A stretch of DNA of 24,000 nucleotides. Origin: Candidatus Thorarchaeota archaeon. Its GTDB lineage: Archaea > Asgardarchaeota > Thorarchaeia > Thorarchaeales > Thorarchaeaceae. Shown here piece by piece: positions 7,511-14,134 of the stretch. Position 1 is the first letter of the stretch. Every line of letters starts with the position of its first letter. The notes under the pieces were generated by a model. The model saw only the letters and a program-made list of their open reading frames with translations, had not been told where the DNA came from and made no database searches. The DNA is taken from assembly GCA_003662765.1 (NCBI GenBank), contig QMYR01000008.1, positions 1,677-25,676 on the forward strand, given 5' to 3'. Both the position numbers and the translations under genes were made by a program.

Positions 7511-8167
7511 ATGCCGAAGACTAGCATATTCGCTGTGAGAACTACGATTGGCCAAGAACGTAGTGTGACAGATCTCATAACAACAGCAGTCATAGGCGAA
7601 CAGGATGTCTGGGAGTGCCCCTTCTGCTCAGAGCAGTTCTCATCAGAGGAGATTACACTTGAGCATATGAAAAAATGCCCAAAAAAGAAGGGTGACGCCA
7701 AGCCGAAACTCGTGTCTCGGAACCCATTACTGGGTCGTGTCAAGGCCATTCTTGTACCAGAAACGCTCAGAGGCTATGTCTTCATTGAAACAGAGGAGTA
7801 TAGAGACGTAGAGATTGCGATATCCGGAGTGCCTCATGTGAGGGGAAGAGTCAGCGGAAAGGTCAGCACTGAAGAGATTGACAGATACCTCGTGCCGAAA
7901 CCGGCAGCTGAAGGAATCGCAGTTTCTGACATTGTGGAGATAATCTCAGGACCGTTCAAGGGCGAACGGGCACGTGTGACACGAGTGGATGCAGCAAAGG
8001 AGGAATTGATTGTCGATCTCATCGACAGCCCCCACACCATACCCATGAGGATACACGCAGACTTCACCAAGCTCGTGGAGAAGGCTCAACGGGAAGAAGC
8101 CATGGAAGCTGCCGAAACTGCGGCCGAAGAGGAGGAGGAAGAGGACTCGTTCTGGTCGCGGCAATAG
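7511..8167 (+). CDS. spt5: transcription elongation factor Spt5 (NusG) with an inserted zinc-finger-like segment and an acidic tail
   Basis: The NGN domain is recognisable (IFAVRTTIGQERSV...LRGYVFIETEE...VPHVRG), as is the KOW domain (DIVEIISGPFKGERARVTRVD). ATG is at 7511. A ~45-aa insertion carries CPFC-x12-H-x3-C. The C-terminus is Glu/Ala-rich. Confidence 0.9.
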   Translation: MPKTSIFAVRTTIGQERSVTDLITTAVIGEQDVWECPFCSEQFSSEEITLEHMKKCPKKKGDAKPKLVSRNPLLGRVKAILVPETLRGYVFIETEEYRDVEIAISGVPHVRGRVSGKVSTEEIDRYLVPKPAAEGIAVSDIVEIISGPFKGERARVTRVDAAKEELIVDLIDSPHTIPMRIHADFTKLVEKAQREEAMEAAETAAEEEEEEDSFWSRQ

Positions 8168-8420
8168 ACCAGTGAACACCTGTTGTGCATGCAGTCGGAG
8201 CAGTCATGTAAACTGGCCGCCGCTCCACAAGCCTTAAAAAACGACCCGGCGACGAGAGGCCAGTCCCTTAATTTGACATCGACGCATCGACGTCATGTCT
8301 GGGGTGAAGAACGATGAACAAGCATGCAGTAGACCGAGCAGGTGATCAATCTACTTCTTACCTGCAGGTCGACCCAACTGGCCTTGTCAAGAACGGGCCG
8401 GGAATACTGCATGAGGAGTC

Positions 8421-8930
8421 GTGATGGTTTTGGGTGACAAGATAACAGTAGAAGCACTAGTAGAGGGCGGCAAGGCATCAGGAGGTCCGCCAATCGGTCC
8501 GGCACTTGGTCCGACCGGTGTGAACATCTTCCAAGTGGTCACAAAGATCAACGAGGCCACGCAGCCTTTCGCAGGTCTAAAGGTACCAGTGAAGATCATT
8601 GTCGACCAAGACACAAAGGAGTTCGAGGTGGAGGTTGGAGTCCCTCCGACGAGCGCATTGATTCTCAAGGAGATTGGCGCGCCCAAAGGGTCAGGTACGC
8701 CCAACACAGACTTTGTGGGCAACCTGACAATCGATCAGTTGAAGGAGATTGCCAAGGCCAAGGCTTCAGAGCTGTCCGCATTGGACATGAAGGCTGCGGT
8801 AATGACGATATCAGGCACTTGCGTGTCCATGGGAGTGACCATTGAGGGGAAGCCCGCCAAGGAATTCCAGAGAGAGGTTCGCGAGGGTGTTTGGGACGAA
8901 CACCTCCAAGAACCACTGAGGGAGGAGTGA
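8421..8930 (+). CDS. rpl11: 50S ribosomal protein L11 (uL11)
   Basis: GTG 8421 or ATG 8424, preceded by GAGGAG. Family motifs: GGKASGGPPIGPALGPTGVNI and FEVEVGVPPTSALI. Confidence 0.95.
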   Translation: MMVLGDKITVEALVEGGKASGGPPIGPALGPTGVNIFQVVTKINEATQPFAGLKVPVKIIVDQDTKEFEVEVGVPPTSALILKEIGAPKGSGTPNTDFVGNLTIDQLKEIAKAKASELSALDMKAAVMTISGTCVSMGVTIEGKPAKEFQREVREGVWDEHLQEPLREE

Positions 8931-8935
8931 GCCAG

Positions 8936-9598
8936 ATGTCGTTCAATATTGATAACATCGAGGCGGCGGTGACTGAGGCTCGGGCCAAGGGAAAGGAACG
9001 GAAGATCAAGTTCGAGCAGAGCTTTGATCTGGCGGTGAATTTCCGGAAGAAGGAGCTGGACGTTTCGAAGCCAGAGAACAGGTTCAACCAGGAGGTTCTG
9101 CTCCCCCACAAGCTGTACCCCCCGGCCAAGGTCTGCGCCTTTGGGGATGGTGAGTTTGCTGCGAAGGCCAAGGAGGCGGGGGTCAATCGAGTAGTATCGA
9201 AGGAGGAGATTCCCAAGATTGCAGAGGAGAAGAAGACGCGGAAGGCGTTGGCCAAGGCGTTCGACTTCTTTATCGCCTCGATAGACTCCATGCCACTGGT
9301 TGGTAGATATCTCGGTCAAGTCCTTGGTTCGCGTGGAAAGATGCCCAAGCCGTTCCCACCCCAAGCTGATCTCAAGCCAGTGGTCGATCAGTATCAGCGC
9401 ACAGTGAGGGTACGGATGCGAAACACACCCACCTTCCATGTGAAGGTCGGCCACGAACGAATGAGTGACCGGGAGATTGCAGAGAACGTGGCGGCAATCC
9501 TCGGGTTTGTAGAGAACAAGGGGCAGCTCGACAAGGTCGCAAGTGTGGTGATCAAGACAACCATGGGGCCCTCTGTGAAGGTGTCCTCGTGGAGGTGA
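8936..9598 (+). CDS. rpl1: 50S ribosomal protein L1 (uL1)
   Basis: ATG 8936 lies 5 nt after the L11 stop, with GGAGGAGTGA upstream. The track ORF start at 8891 overlaps L11. Family sequence: FDLAVNF...PH, FDFFIAS, LGSRGKMPKP. Confidence 0.95.
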   Translation: MSFNIDNIEAAVTEARAKGKERKIKFEQSFDLAVNFRKKELDVSKPENRFNQEVLLPHKLYPPAKVCAFGDGEFAAKAKEAGVNRVVSKEEIPKIAEEKKTRKALAKAFDFFIASIDSMPLVGRYLGQVLGSRGKMPKPFPPQADLKPVVDQYQRTVRVRMRNTPTFHVKVGHERMSDREIAENVAAILGFVENKGQLDKVASVVIKTTMGPSVKVSSWR

Positions 9599-9604
9599 TA
9601 GCTA

Positions 9605-10624
9605 ATGGCAGTTCAAGAGCGCCACATACCACAGTGGAAGATTGAAGAGGTTGACAAGCTGGCAGAGGCCATCAAGAAGAGCAAGATGGTGGGCCTCGTA
9701 AATGTGGAGGGAGTGGGTGCCAAGCAGCTGACCAGTATCAGAAACAGTCTGCGAGGAAGCGCCACAATCCGCATGGCCAGAAACACACTCATGATTCGAG
9801 CCATCAAGAAATCGGGCGTCAAGGGAATCGAGGAGCTTGCCAATCACGTGCGAGGGCCTGTTGCCTTTGTCTTCAGCGACCAAGACCCCTTCATGCTGGG
9901 CAAGTTTCTCAGTGAGAACAAGACATCAGCCCCCGCCAAGGGAGGCCAGATTGCACCAAAAGACATCATAGTCCCAGCAATGAACACAGGTGTTGCGCCC
10001 GGTCCGTTCATCAGCGAACTGGCAGCACTTGGCATTCCGTCCCGTGTCAAGGGTGGCGTGATTCACATCACCGAGGACACCGTGGCCGTGAAGGCGGGTG
10101 AAGTAATCTCAAACGCCATGGCCCAGATGCTTAGCAGACTTGGGATTGAACCCATGGAGCTTCAACTGAAGCTCGTAGCGGCATATACAGATGGCACGGT
10201 TCTCACAAGCGAGAGCCTCGATGTTGACCTTGAGGAGCTATTCCAGCAGGTCATACTCGGGCACCAGTACGCTGTCAATCTCTCAATCAACGCGGGATAT
10301 CCGACCAGCGATACGATCCCACTGATCATCGCAAAGGCCGATATGGAAGCAAGAACCCTCGCGCTGAATATTGGGTTCTTCGAACCGGACTTGGTTCGGG
10401 AGTTCCTTGCGAAGGCGAATGCCGAGGCCTTTGCCTTGGCATCACTATTGGCTGAGAAGAGTCCCGATGCAATACCCTCCGAGGTCCTGAGTCAGGTTCA
10501 GGCAGTCGCCGCGGCTCCAGCAGCCGCACCGGCCGACGCCGGCGCAGAGGCGAAGGAAGAGCCTGAGGAGGAAGAGGAGAAGGAAGAAGAAGCAGTAGCA
10601 GGCCTCGGTGGCCTGTTCGGGTAA
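9605..10624 (+). CDS. rplP0: 50S ribosomal stalk protein P0 (uL10)
   Basis: 339 aa. IPQWKIEEV is followed by the uL10 core, then an Ala/Glu-rich hinge and the stalk C-terminus [13 protein letters not shown]. Confidence 0.95.
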   Translation: MAVQERHIPQWKIEEVDKLAEAIKKSKMVGLVNVEGVGAKQLTSIRNSLRGSATIRMARNTLMIRAIKKSGVKGIEELANHVRGPVAFVFSDQDPFMLGKFLSENKTSAPAKGGQIAPKDIIVPAMNTGVAPGPFISELAALGIPSRVKGGVIHITEDTVAVKAGEVISNAMAQMLSRLGIEPMELQLKLVAAYTDGTVLTSESLDVDLEELFQQVILGHQYAVNLSINAGYPTSDTIPLIIAKADMEARTLALNIGFFEPDLVREFLAKANAEAFALASLLAEKSPDAIPSEVLSQVQAVAAAPAAAPADAGAEAKEEPEEEEEKEEEAVAGLGGLFG

Positions 10625-10644
10625 GTAAAGGTGAGGTAAGAGAA

Positions 10645-10956
10645 ATGGAGTACGTATATTCGGCCCTTCTGCTCCACAAGGCAGGCCAGGAGATCAACGA
10701 AAAGAACATGGAGGCCGTTCTCACTGCAGCAGGCGTGAAGGCTGACAAGGGCAGGATCAAGGCCCTGCTTGCAGCACTCGAGGGCGTTGATATTGATGAG
10801 GCCCTGAAGAGTGCAGCCGCCATGCCAGTGGCAGCCGCTCCCGCCGCAGGTGCGGGCGCCGCCGAGGCAGCTCCTGCAGCCGAAGAGGAGAAGAAGGAAG
10901 AGGAAGAAGAGAAGGAAGAGGAGTTCACAGCGGGTCTTGGAAGCCTCTTTGGCTAG
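10645..10956 (+). CDS. rpl12: 50S ribosomal stalk protein P1 (L12e)
   Basis: 103 aa. [19 protein letters not shown] is followed by an Ala-rich hinge and the acidic tail ending GLGSLFG. AGGTGAGG lies upstream. Confidence 0.9.
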   Translation: MEYVYSALLLHKAGQEINEKNMEAVLTAAGVKADKGRIKALLAALEGVDIDEALKSAAAMPVAAAPAAGAGAAEAAPAAEEEKKEEEEEKEEEFTAGLGSLFG

Positions 10957-11002
10957 ACAGAGTGAACTCTTCAAAGAACAAGACTCAATGGGCGGGCGGG
11001 TT

Positions 11003-11035
11003 GCGAGCCTGTCCGCTCGTCATCTCCTATTTTTG
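11003..11035 (+). terminator. stem-loop GCGAGC-CTGTCC-GCTCGT followed by a T5 run (11030-11034)
   Basis: A 6-bp stem (one G-U) and the oligo-T tract TATTTTTGATT lie downstream of the P1 stop. Oligo-T is the usual archaeal termination signal. Confidence 0.3.
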
Positions 11036-11063
11036 ATTCATCGAGTGAGTGCCTCGCGGAAAG

Positions 11064-11070
11064 GTTTATG
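11064..11070 (+). promoter_or_regulatory. TATA-like box GTTTATG about 30 nt upstream of tRNA-Arg
   Basis: The spacing to the mature 5' end (11097) fits an archaeal TATA box at about -27 to -30. It is followed by CCGGACTG. Confidence 0.3.
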
Positions 11071-11096
11071 TCCGGACTGTCGCCGTGAAGACACAA

Positions 11097-11231
11097 GGGC
11101 CCGTTGCCTAGTCTGGACCCGGATGAATCATCGTTCGGGAGAAGAATAGGGCGCTAGCCTTCTAGGGGCGCGTGTATGACACGACCGAGGATAGTTAGAG
11201 GTCGCCGGTTCAAATCCGGCCGGGCCCGCCA
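11097..11231 (+). tRNA. tRNA-Arg (anticodon TCT) with two introns
   Basis: Hand-folded. Acceptor stem GGGCCCG/CGGGCCC. D arm GCCT-AGTCTGGA^TA-GGGC. Anticodon arm CTAGC-CT[TCT]A^A-GTTAG. T arm GCCGG-TTCAAAT-CCGGC. Discriminator G, with CCA encoded. The cloverleaf needs removal of ~29 nt in the D loop (about 11118-11146) and ~28 nt at canonical 37/38 (about 11165-11192). Boundaries are good to +/- 2 nt. Confidence 0.85.
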
Positions 11232-11232
11232 T

Positions 11233-12960
11233 TCAATTCGTTTGTTTCTGGAATCTCAATGTGCGCGCTAGCCAACTAGGAATCTCGATTCCAAGTGCTG
11301 ACTCAATCTCGGCAATGCTCTTCCAAGAAACTGCACCCTTGAGTCGTGCTGCTCGCTTGGCACCAATGCCTGGAATGCTCTTCCACTGAGCAAGTGTCGC
11401 ATTGTGAATTGAGAATGGAAATGGCAGGACACTGACCGACCGTGGACCGTGACTCACAACGAAGACATCAGTCACGCCTGGCATGTTTCGTCCTTGGGGC
11501 ATATGGCAGAGTAGCGGGTACGAACCGAGTGGCCTAAGGAGCAGTGAGTTGCCCTCCACACGTTCAACGAATGCGGAATGAATCACAGTTCCAAGAGGGG
11601 CGACCCGTTGTATCATTGCAATGTCAATCTTGGATCGTATCTCCTGCTTGTGCCGATAGAAGGCCTTACGGCGGATACGTGCGTATCGTGTCCGACCCAA
11701 GCGGGTCCCCTCGAAACCAATAACCTGCCGAATGTTAATGCGACGTACCATCAGCCCCTCTTCCAGTAGAGTCTTGAGGAATTCCATATTATACTCCAGA
11801 GTTCTGCGGCTCTCTCCAGGCAGGCCGTACAGAAGATTGATTCCCGGAAGAAGATGAGGTAGTTCCCAAGGGGGCGCCTCCGCGCCAACATCGTTGATGA
11901 TGCGAACAGCCTTGAGCGCCTCTTCTGCATCGACCTTGAGATTGTTCCTTCGCTTGACTTCAGAATCGAGAGACTCGACTCCAAACGCCGCGACATCACC
12001 CACTGTGTGATACTTCATGATGATACGGGCTACTTGGCGGCTCTCAGCAGGATGATGAGCGACTGTACCAGGATTGACGTTGTCAATGTGAAGAGCAAGG
12101 GGATAGGGCGCTACGTGTCGAACCCTAGAAAACAGGTCCTCTATTGCCTCAGGATTGGGGGACGGAAACTCCTCCAGCCCAATCTCTGTAGATCCATACG
12201 TGAACATGTCGGCCTGACGACCAAGGCGAAATGCACGCACACCGATAGTGTAGAGTGCCTCGACCTCCCGTGCGATGTCATTGGAGTCCCGCATCTGCGG
12301 CATTCCGTAGCTGGGCTCTACACAGAAGGAACAACCACCTGTGATAAACCGCGGGCACCCCCGGTACGTTTCAATCTCGCAGATCAGGTGTTTACGCTGA
12401 TAGCCTGGATGCTGTGTCACTATGCGTGCCCCGCGAACTGCATACTTCTCAATCTCAGTCATATTCTCACGCATGATGTCGCTGGGCACTGACTCCAAGT
12501 CGCCACTGAGGATGACATCGCGCATGAAGATCTCTGCATCACCACTCACAATGTAGTCAAACGGAGGAGAGAGCACCTCAGAACTGAGGGATATCTTGCC
12601 ACCCTCTAGCCCACAACCGAATCGGGCCCACGGACCCACCAATAGTTTCGGGATGTGTGAGATACACTCATGTGAAAACAGCTGTCGTGCCTCACGAATA
12701 GAGATTGGGGTGCCCCCAAGGTACTTACCAGGAACTATCATGCCAGCAATTAGGAGAAGAAGATCGGCTGTTGACCACAGGTTCCACGCTGCGTCGAAGC
12801 TGGTCCGTACTTGATCAATCGTCTGATACAGTACCTCGGTCCTTGGAGAATGTGTCCATATCGCGCCGGCTATGTACCTGGGATAGATACTGATATACGG
12901 AGGAACACCCAAACATGTAGGCTCATCAACATAGCCGTCGACTATGATGACACGCTTCAG
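11233..12960 (-). CDS. radical SAM protein with C-terminal helix-hairpin-helix (COG1031-like); 5' boundary unresolved
   Basis: A Cys triad is present in YRGCPRFITGGCSFCVEP, and an HhH motif (IPGIGAKRAARL) lies near the C-terminus. The track start is TTG 12912. The family-typical N-terminus KRVIIVDGYVDEPTCLGVPPY continues upstream in frame to CTG 12958-12960, which directly follows the thiL TGA. Confidence 0.85.
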   Translation of the reverse strand: MKRVIIVDGYVDEPTCLGVPPYISIYPRYIAGAIWTHSPRTEVLYQTIDQVRTSFDAAWNLWSTADLLLLIAGMIVPGKYLGGTPISIREARQLFSHECISHIPKLLVGPWARFGCGLEGGKISLSSEVLSPPFDYIVSGDAEIFMRDVILSGDLESVPSDIMRENMTEIEKYAVRGARIVTQHPGYQRKHLICEIETYRGCPRFITGGCSFCVEPSYGMPQMRDSNDIAREVEALYTIGVRAFRLGRQADMFTYGSTEIGLEEFPSPNPEAIEDLFSRVRHVAPYPLALHIDNVNPGTVAHHPAESRQVARIIMKYHTVGDVAAFGVESLDSEVKRRNNLKVDAEEALKAVRIINDVGAEAPPWELPHLLPGINLLYGLPGESRRTLEYNMEFLKTLLEEGLMVRRINIRQVIGFEGTRLGRTRYARIRRKAFYRHKQEIRSKIDIAMIQRVAPLGTVIHSAFVERVEGNSLLLRPLGSYPLLCHMPQGRNMPGVTDVFVVSHGPRSVSVLPFPFSIHNATLAQWKSIPGIGAKRAARLKGAVSWKSIAEIESALGIEIPSWLARTLRFQKQTN

Positions 12961-13953
12961 TCACTTCCACTCCTTGAAACTGTCGTAGCCTCTCATGGTG
13001 ACCGGAACGGCACCTGCAGGACTCAGCCATGTGACCCCCGAGCCCTCCCGCACCCGGCCAATACGCTGCAGTCCAAAGGTGCTGGCTCGGGCAATCTCGC
13101 GGGCCACCTCCCAATGCTTCTCGGGGATTGTGACGACAAGTGCAAACTCTTCGCCGCCAGCCATCACAAGGTCCATCAAATCAATCCCGTGTTTCTCAGC
13201 GAACTCCCGAACACCGCCGGCGGCGGGAATCCTCTCGAGTTCGAACGCCACATTGCTATGCGCAGCCATCGTGTTAAGTGTGATTCCAAGGCCGTCGCTA
13301 CAGTCCATGGCAGAAGTCACTGCCCTCTGAGCCGCAAGGAGGCGTACCAGATTAAAGTCAATCACCGGCTTGTAGGCGGCAATCAGGGCTCTTTGAGAGA
13401 GTGAGCCGTGTACCTCAAGACCTTCCAGAAGCATCTTGAAGGCAACTGATGTCAGCCCGAATCTGCCGCTGACTGCGATTATGTCACCCGGACGTGCACC
13501 AGCACGAGGGACTATCTCATCAGGATGGGCTGTGCCGAGGGCCACACCAGTCAACACAACATCATCGCTGGTTCCTACGTCCCCTCCCACAAACTCCACA
13601 TCATTCTTAATACAGTACTGCGACAGACCACGCACAATCTCCTCTGCGGAGTCCGCAGGATAGTCGCTAGGCACAGCCAGCGAGAGCATCATCGCTCTTG
13701 GACGGACACCCTTCGCGACAATGTCGCTCAGTGTCATGACTGCTAGTTTCCGGCCCATCTGTGCTTCGGACATCCCCGGTAGTCGATCCGTTGATGCAAC
13801 AAATGTGTCCACATTGATGACAATGTGTGTGGAATCGTCGATGGGAATATCACAGGCATCCTCATCCCAGCCCAGTCTTGAGCCTTGGGGTATCCGGACG
13901 AAACCCGAGATTCTCTCAAGGAATGCGCGCTCACCAAGCTTACCCGTCTTCAT
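12961..13953 (-). CDS. thiL: thiamine-monophosphate kinase ThiL (PurM/AIR-synthase-related superfamily)
   Basis: 330 aa with ATG start. The ThiL-like pattern is GERAFLERI...WDEDACDI...VINVDTFV, LSDIVAKG, VGGDV, RPGDIIAVSG, DCSDGL and AGGEEFALVVT. Confidence 0.8.
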   Translation of the reverse strand: MKTGKLGERAFLERISGFVRIPQGSRLGWDEDACDIPIDDSTHIVINVDTFVASTDRLPGMSEAQMGRKLAVMTLSDIVAKGVRPRAMMLSLAVPSDYPADSAEEIVRGLSQYCIKNDVEFVGGDVGTSDDVVLTGVALGTAHPDEIVPRAGARPGDIIAVSGRFGLTSVAFKMLLEGLEVHGSLSQRALIAAYKPVIDFNLVRLLAAQRAVTSAMDCSDGLGITLNTMAAHSNVAFELERIPAAGGVREFAEKHGIDLMDLVMAGGEEFALVVTIPEKHWEVAREIARASTFGLQRIGRVREGSGVTWLSPAGAVPVTMRGYDSFKEWK

Positions 13954-13990
13954 GTCTGTTCAGTCGCCTTGAACCGTCGCCCATCATAAA

Positions 13991-13999
13991 GTTTTATAA
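13991..13999. promoter_or_regulatory. TATA-like box GTTTTATAA between divergent thiL and tRNA-Thr
   Basis: It lies ~33 nt upstream of the tRNA-Thr 5' end (14029) and ~40 nt upstream of the thiL ATG (13953) on the other strand. The near-symmetric A/T box could serve either direction. Confidence 0.35.
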
Positions 14000-14028
14000 C
14001 TGAGACCACTCGCTCAGCCCAGAAACGA

Positions 14029-14134
14029 GCCTCGGTGGCCTAGTGGTTAGGGCATCTGCCTCGTAAGCAGAGGATCGCGGGTTCGAACTCATCTGTGAGT
14101 GTCACAGACGAAGAAACTCCCGCCCGGGGCTCCA
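14029..14134 (+). tRNA. tRNA-Thr (anticodon CGT) with an intron in the T loop
   Basis: Hand-folded. Acceptor stem GCCTCGG/CCGGGGC (one G-U). D arm GCCT-AGTGGTTA-GGGC. Anticodon arm TCTGC-CT[CGT]AA-GCAGA. T stem GCGGG (14077-81)/CCCGC (14119-23). The T loop TTCGAA(C/T) is interrupted by ~30 nt (about 14088-14118), which contains the hairpin TCTGTGA-GTG-TCACAGA. Discriminator T, with CCA encoded. Confidence 0.85.

Noticed and set aside
8361-8373. CCTGCAGGTCGAC, identical to 13 nt of the pUC-type polylinker (SbfI/PstI-SalI), with GCATGC (SphI) sites nearby. This raised the possibility of cloning-vector contamination.
   Set aside because: The flanking bases on both sides diverge immediately from the polylinker (TA...CC here versus TG...TC in the vector as I recall it), and the surrounding genes are contiguous and intact. 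It is most likely a chance palindrome-rich match. A vector screen (VecScreen/UniVec) would settle it.
8665-9454. Two long minus-strand ORFs (208 aa and 239 aa) opposite rpl11/rpl1.
   Set aside because: They are antisense shadow ORFs. The plus-strand frames give unmistakable uL11/uL1 sequences, whereas the minus-strand translations are Ser/Leu/Arg/Pro-rich with no recognisable motifs.
10326-10974. Minus-strand ORFs of 200 aa and 158 aa opposite the P0/P1 genes.
   Set aside because: They arise from the complement of the Ala/Glu-rich hinge and tail coding repeats. The translations are low-complexity Ser/Ala/Pro/Leu, and the region is fully explained by P0/P1.
10811-11149. Plus-strand 112-aa ORF running from inside rpl12 into tRNA-Arg.
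   Set aside because: It overlaps the P1 coding frame and the 5' half plus first intron of tRNA-Arg. The composition is Arg/Pro/Lys-rich from out-of-frame reading of the acidic tail.
12811-13404. Plus-strand 197-aa ORF (and neighbouring plus-strand ORFs up to 13972) opposite thiL and the radical SAM 5' end.
   Set aside because: They are antisense to a minus-strand frame with a clear ThiL/PurM-superfamily pattern. The translations are Arg/Ser/Pro-rich shadow sequence.
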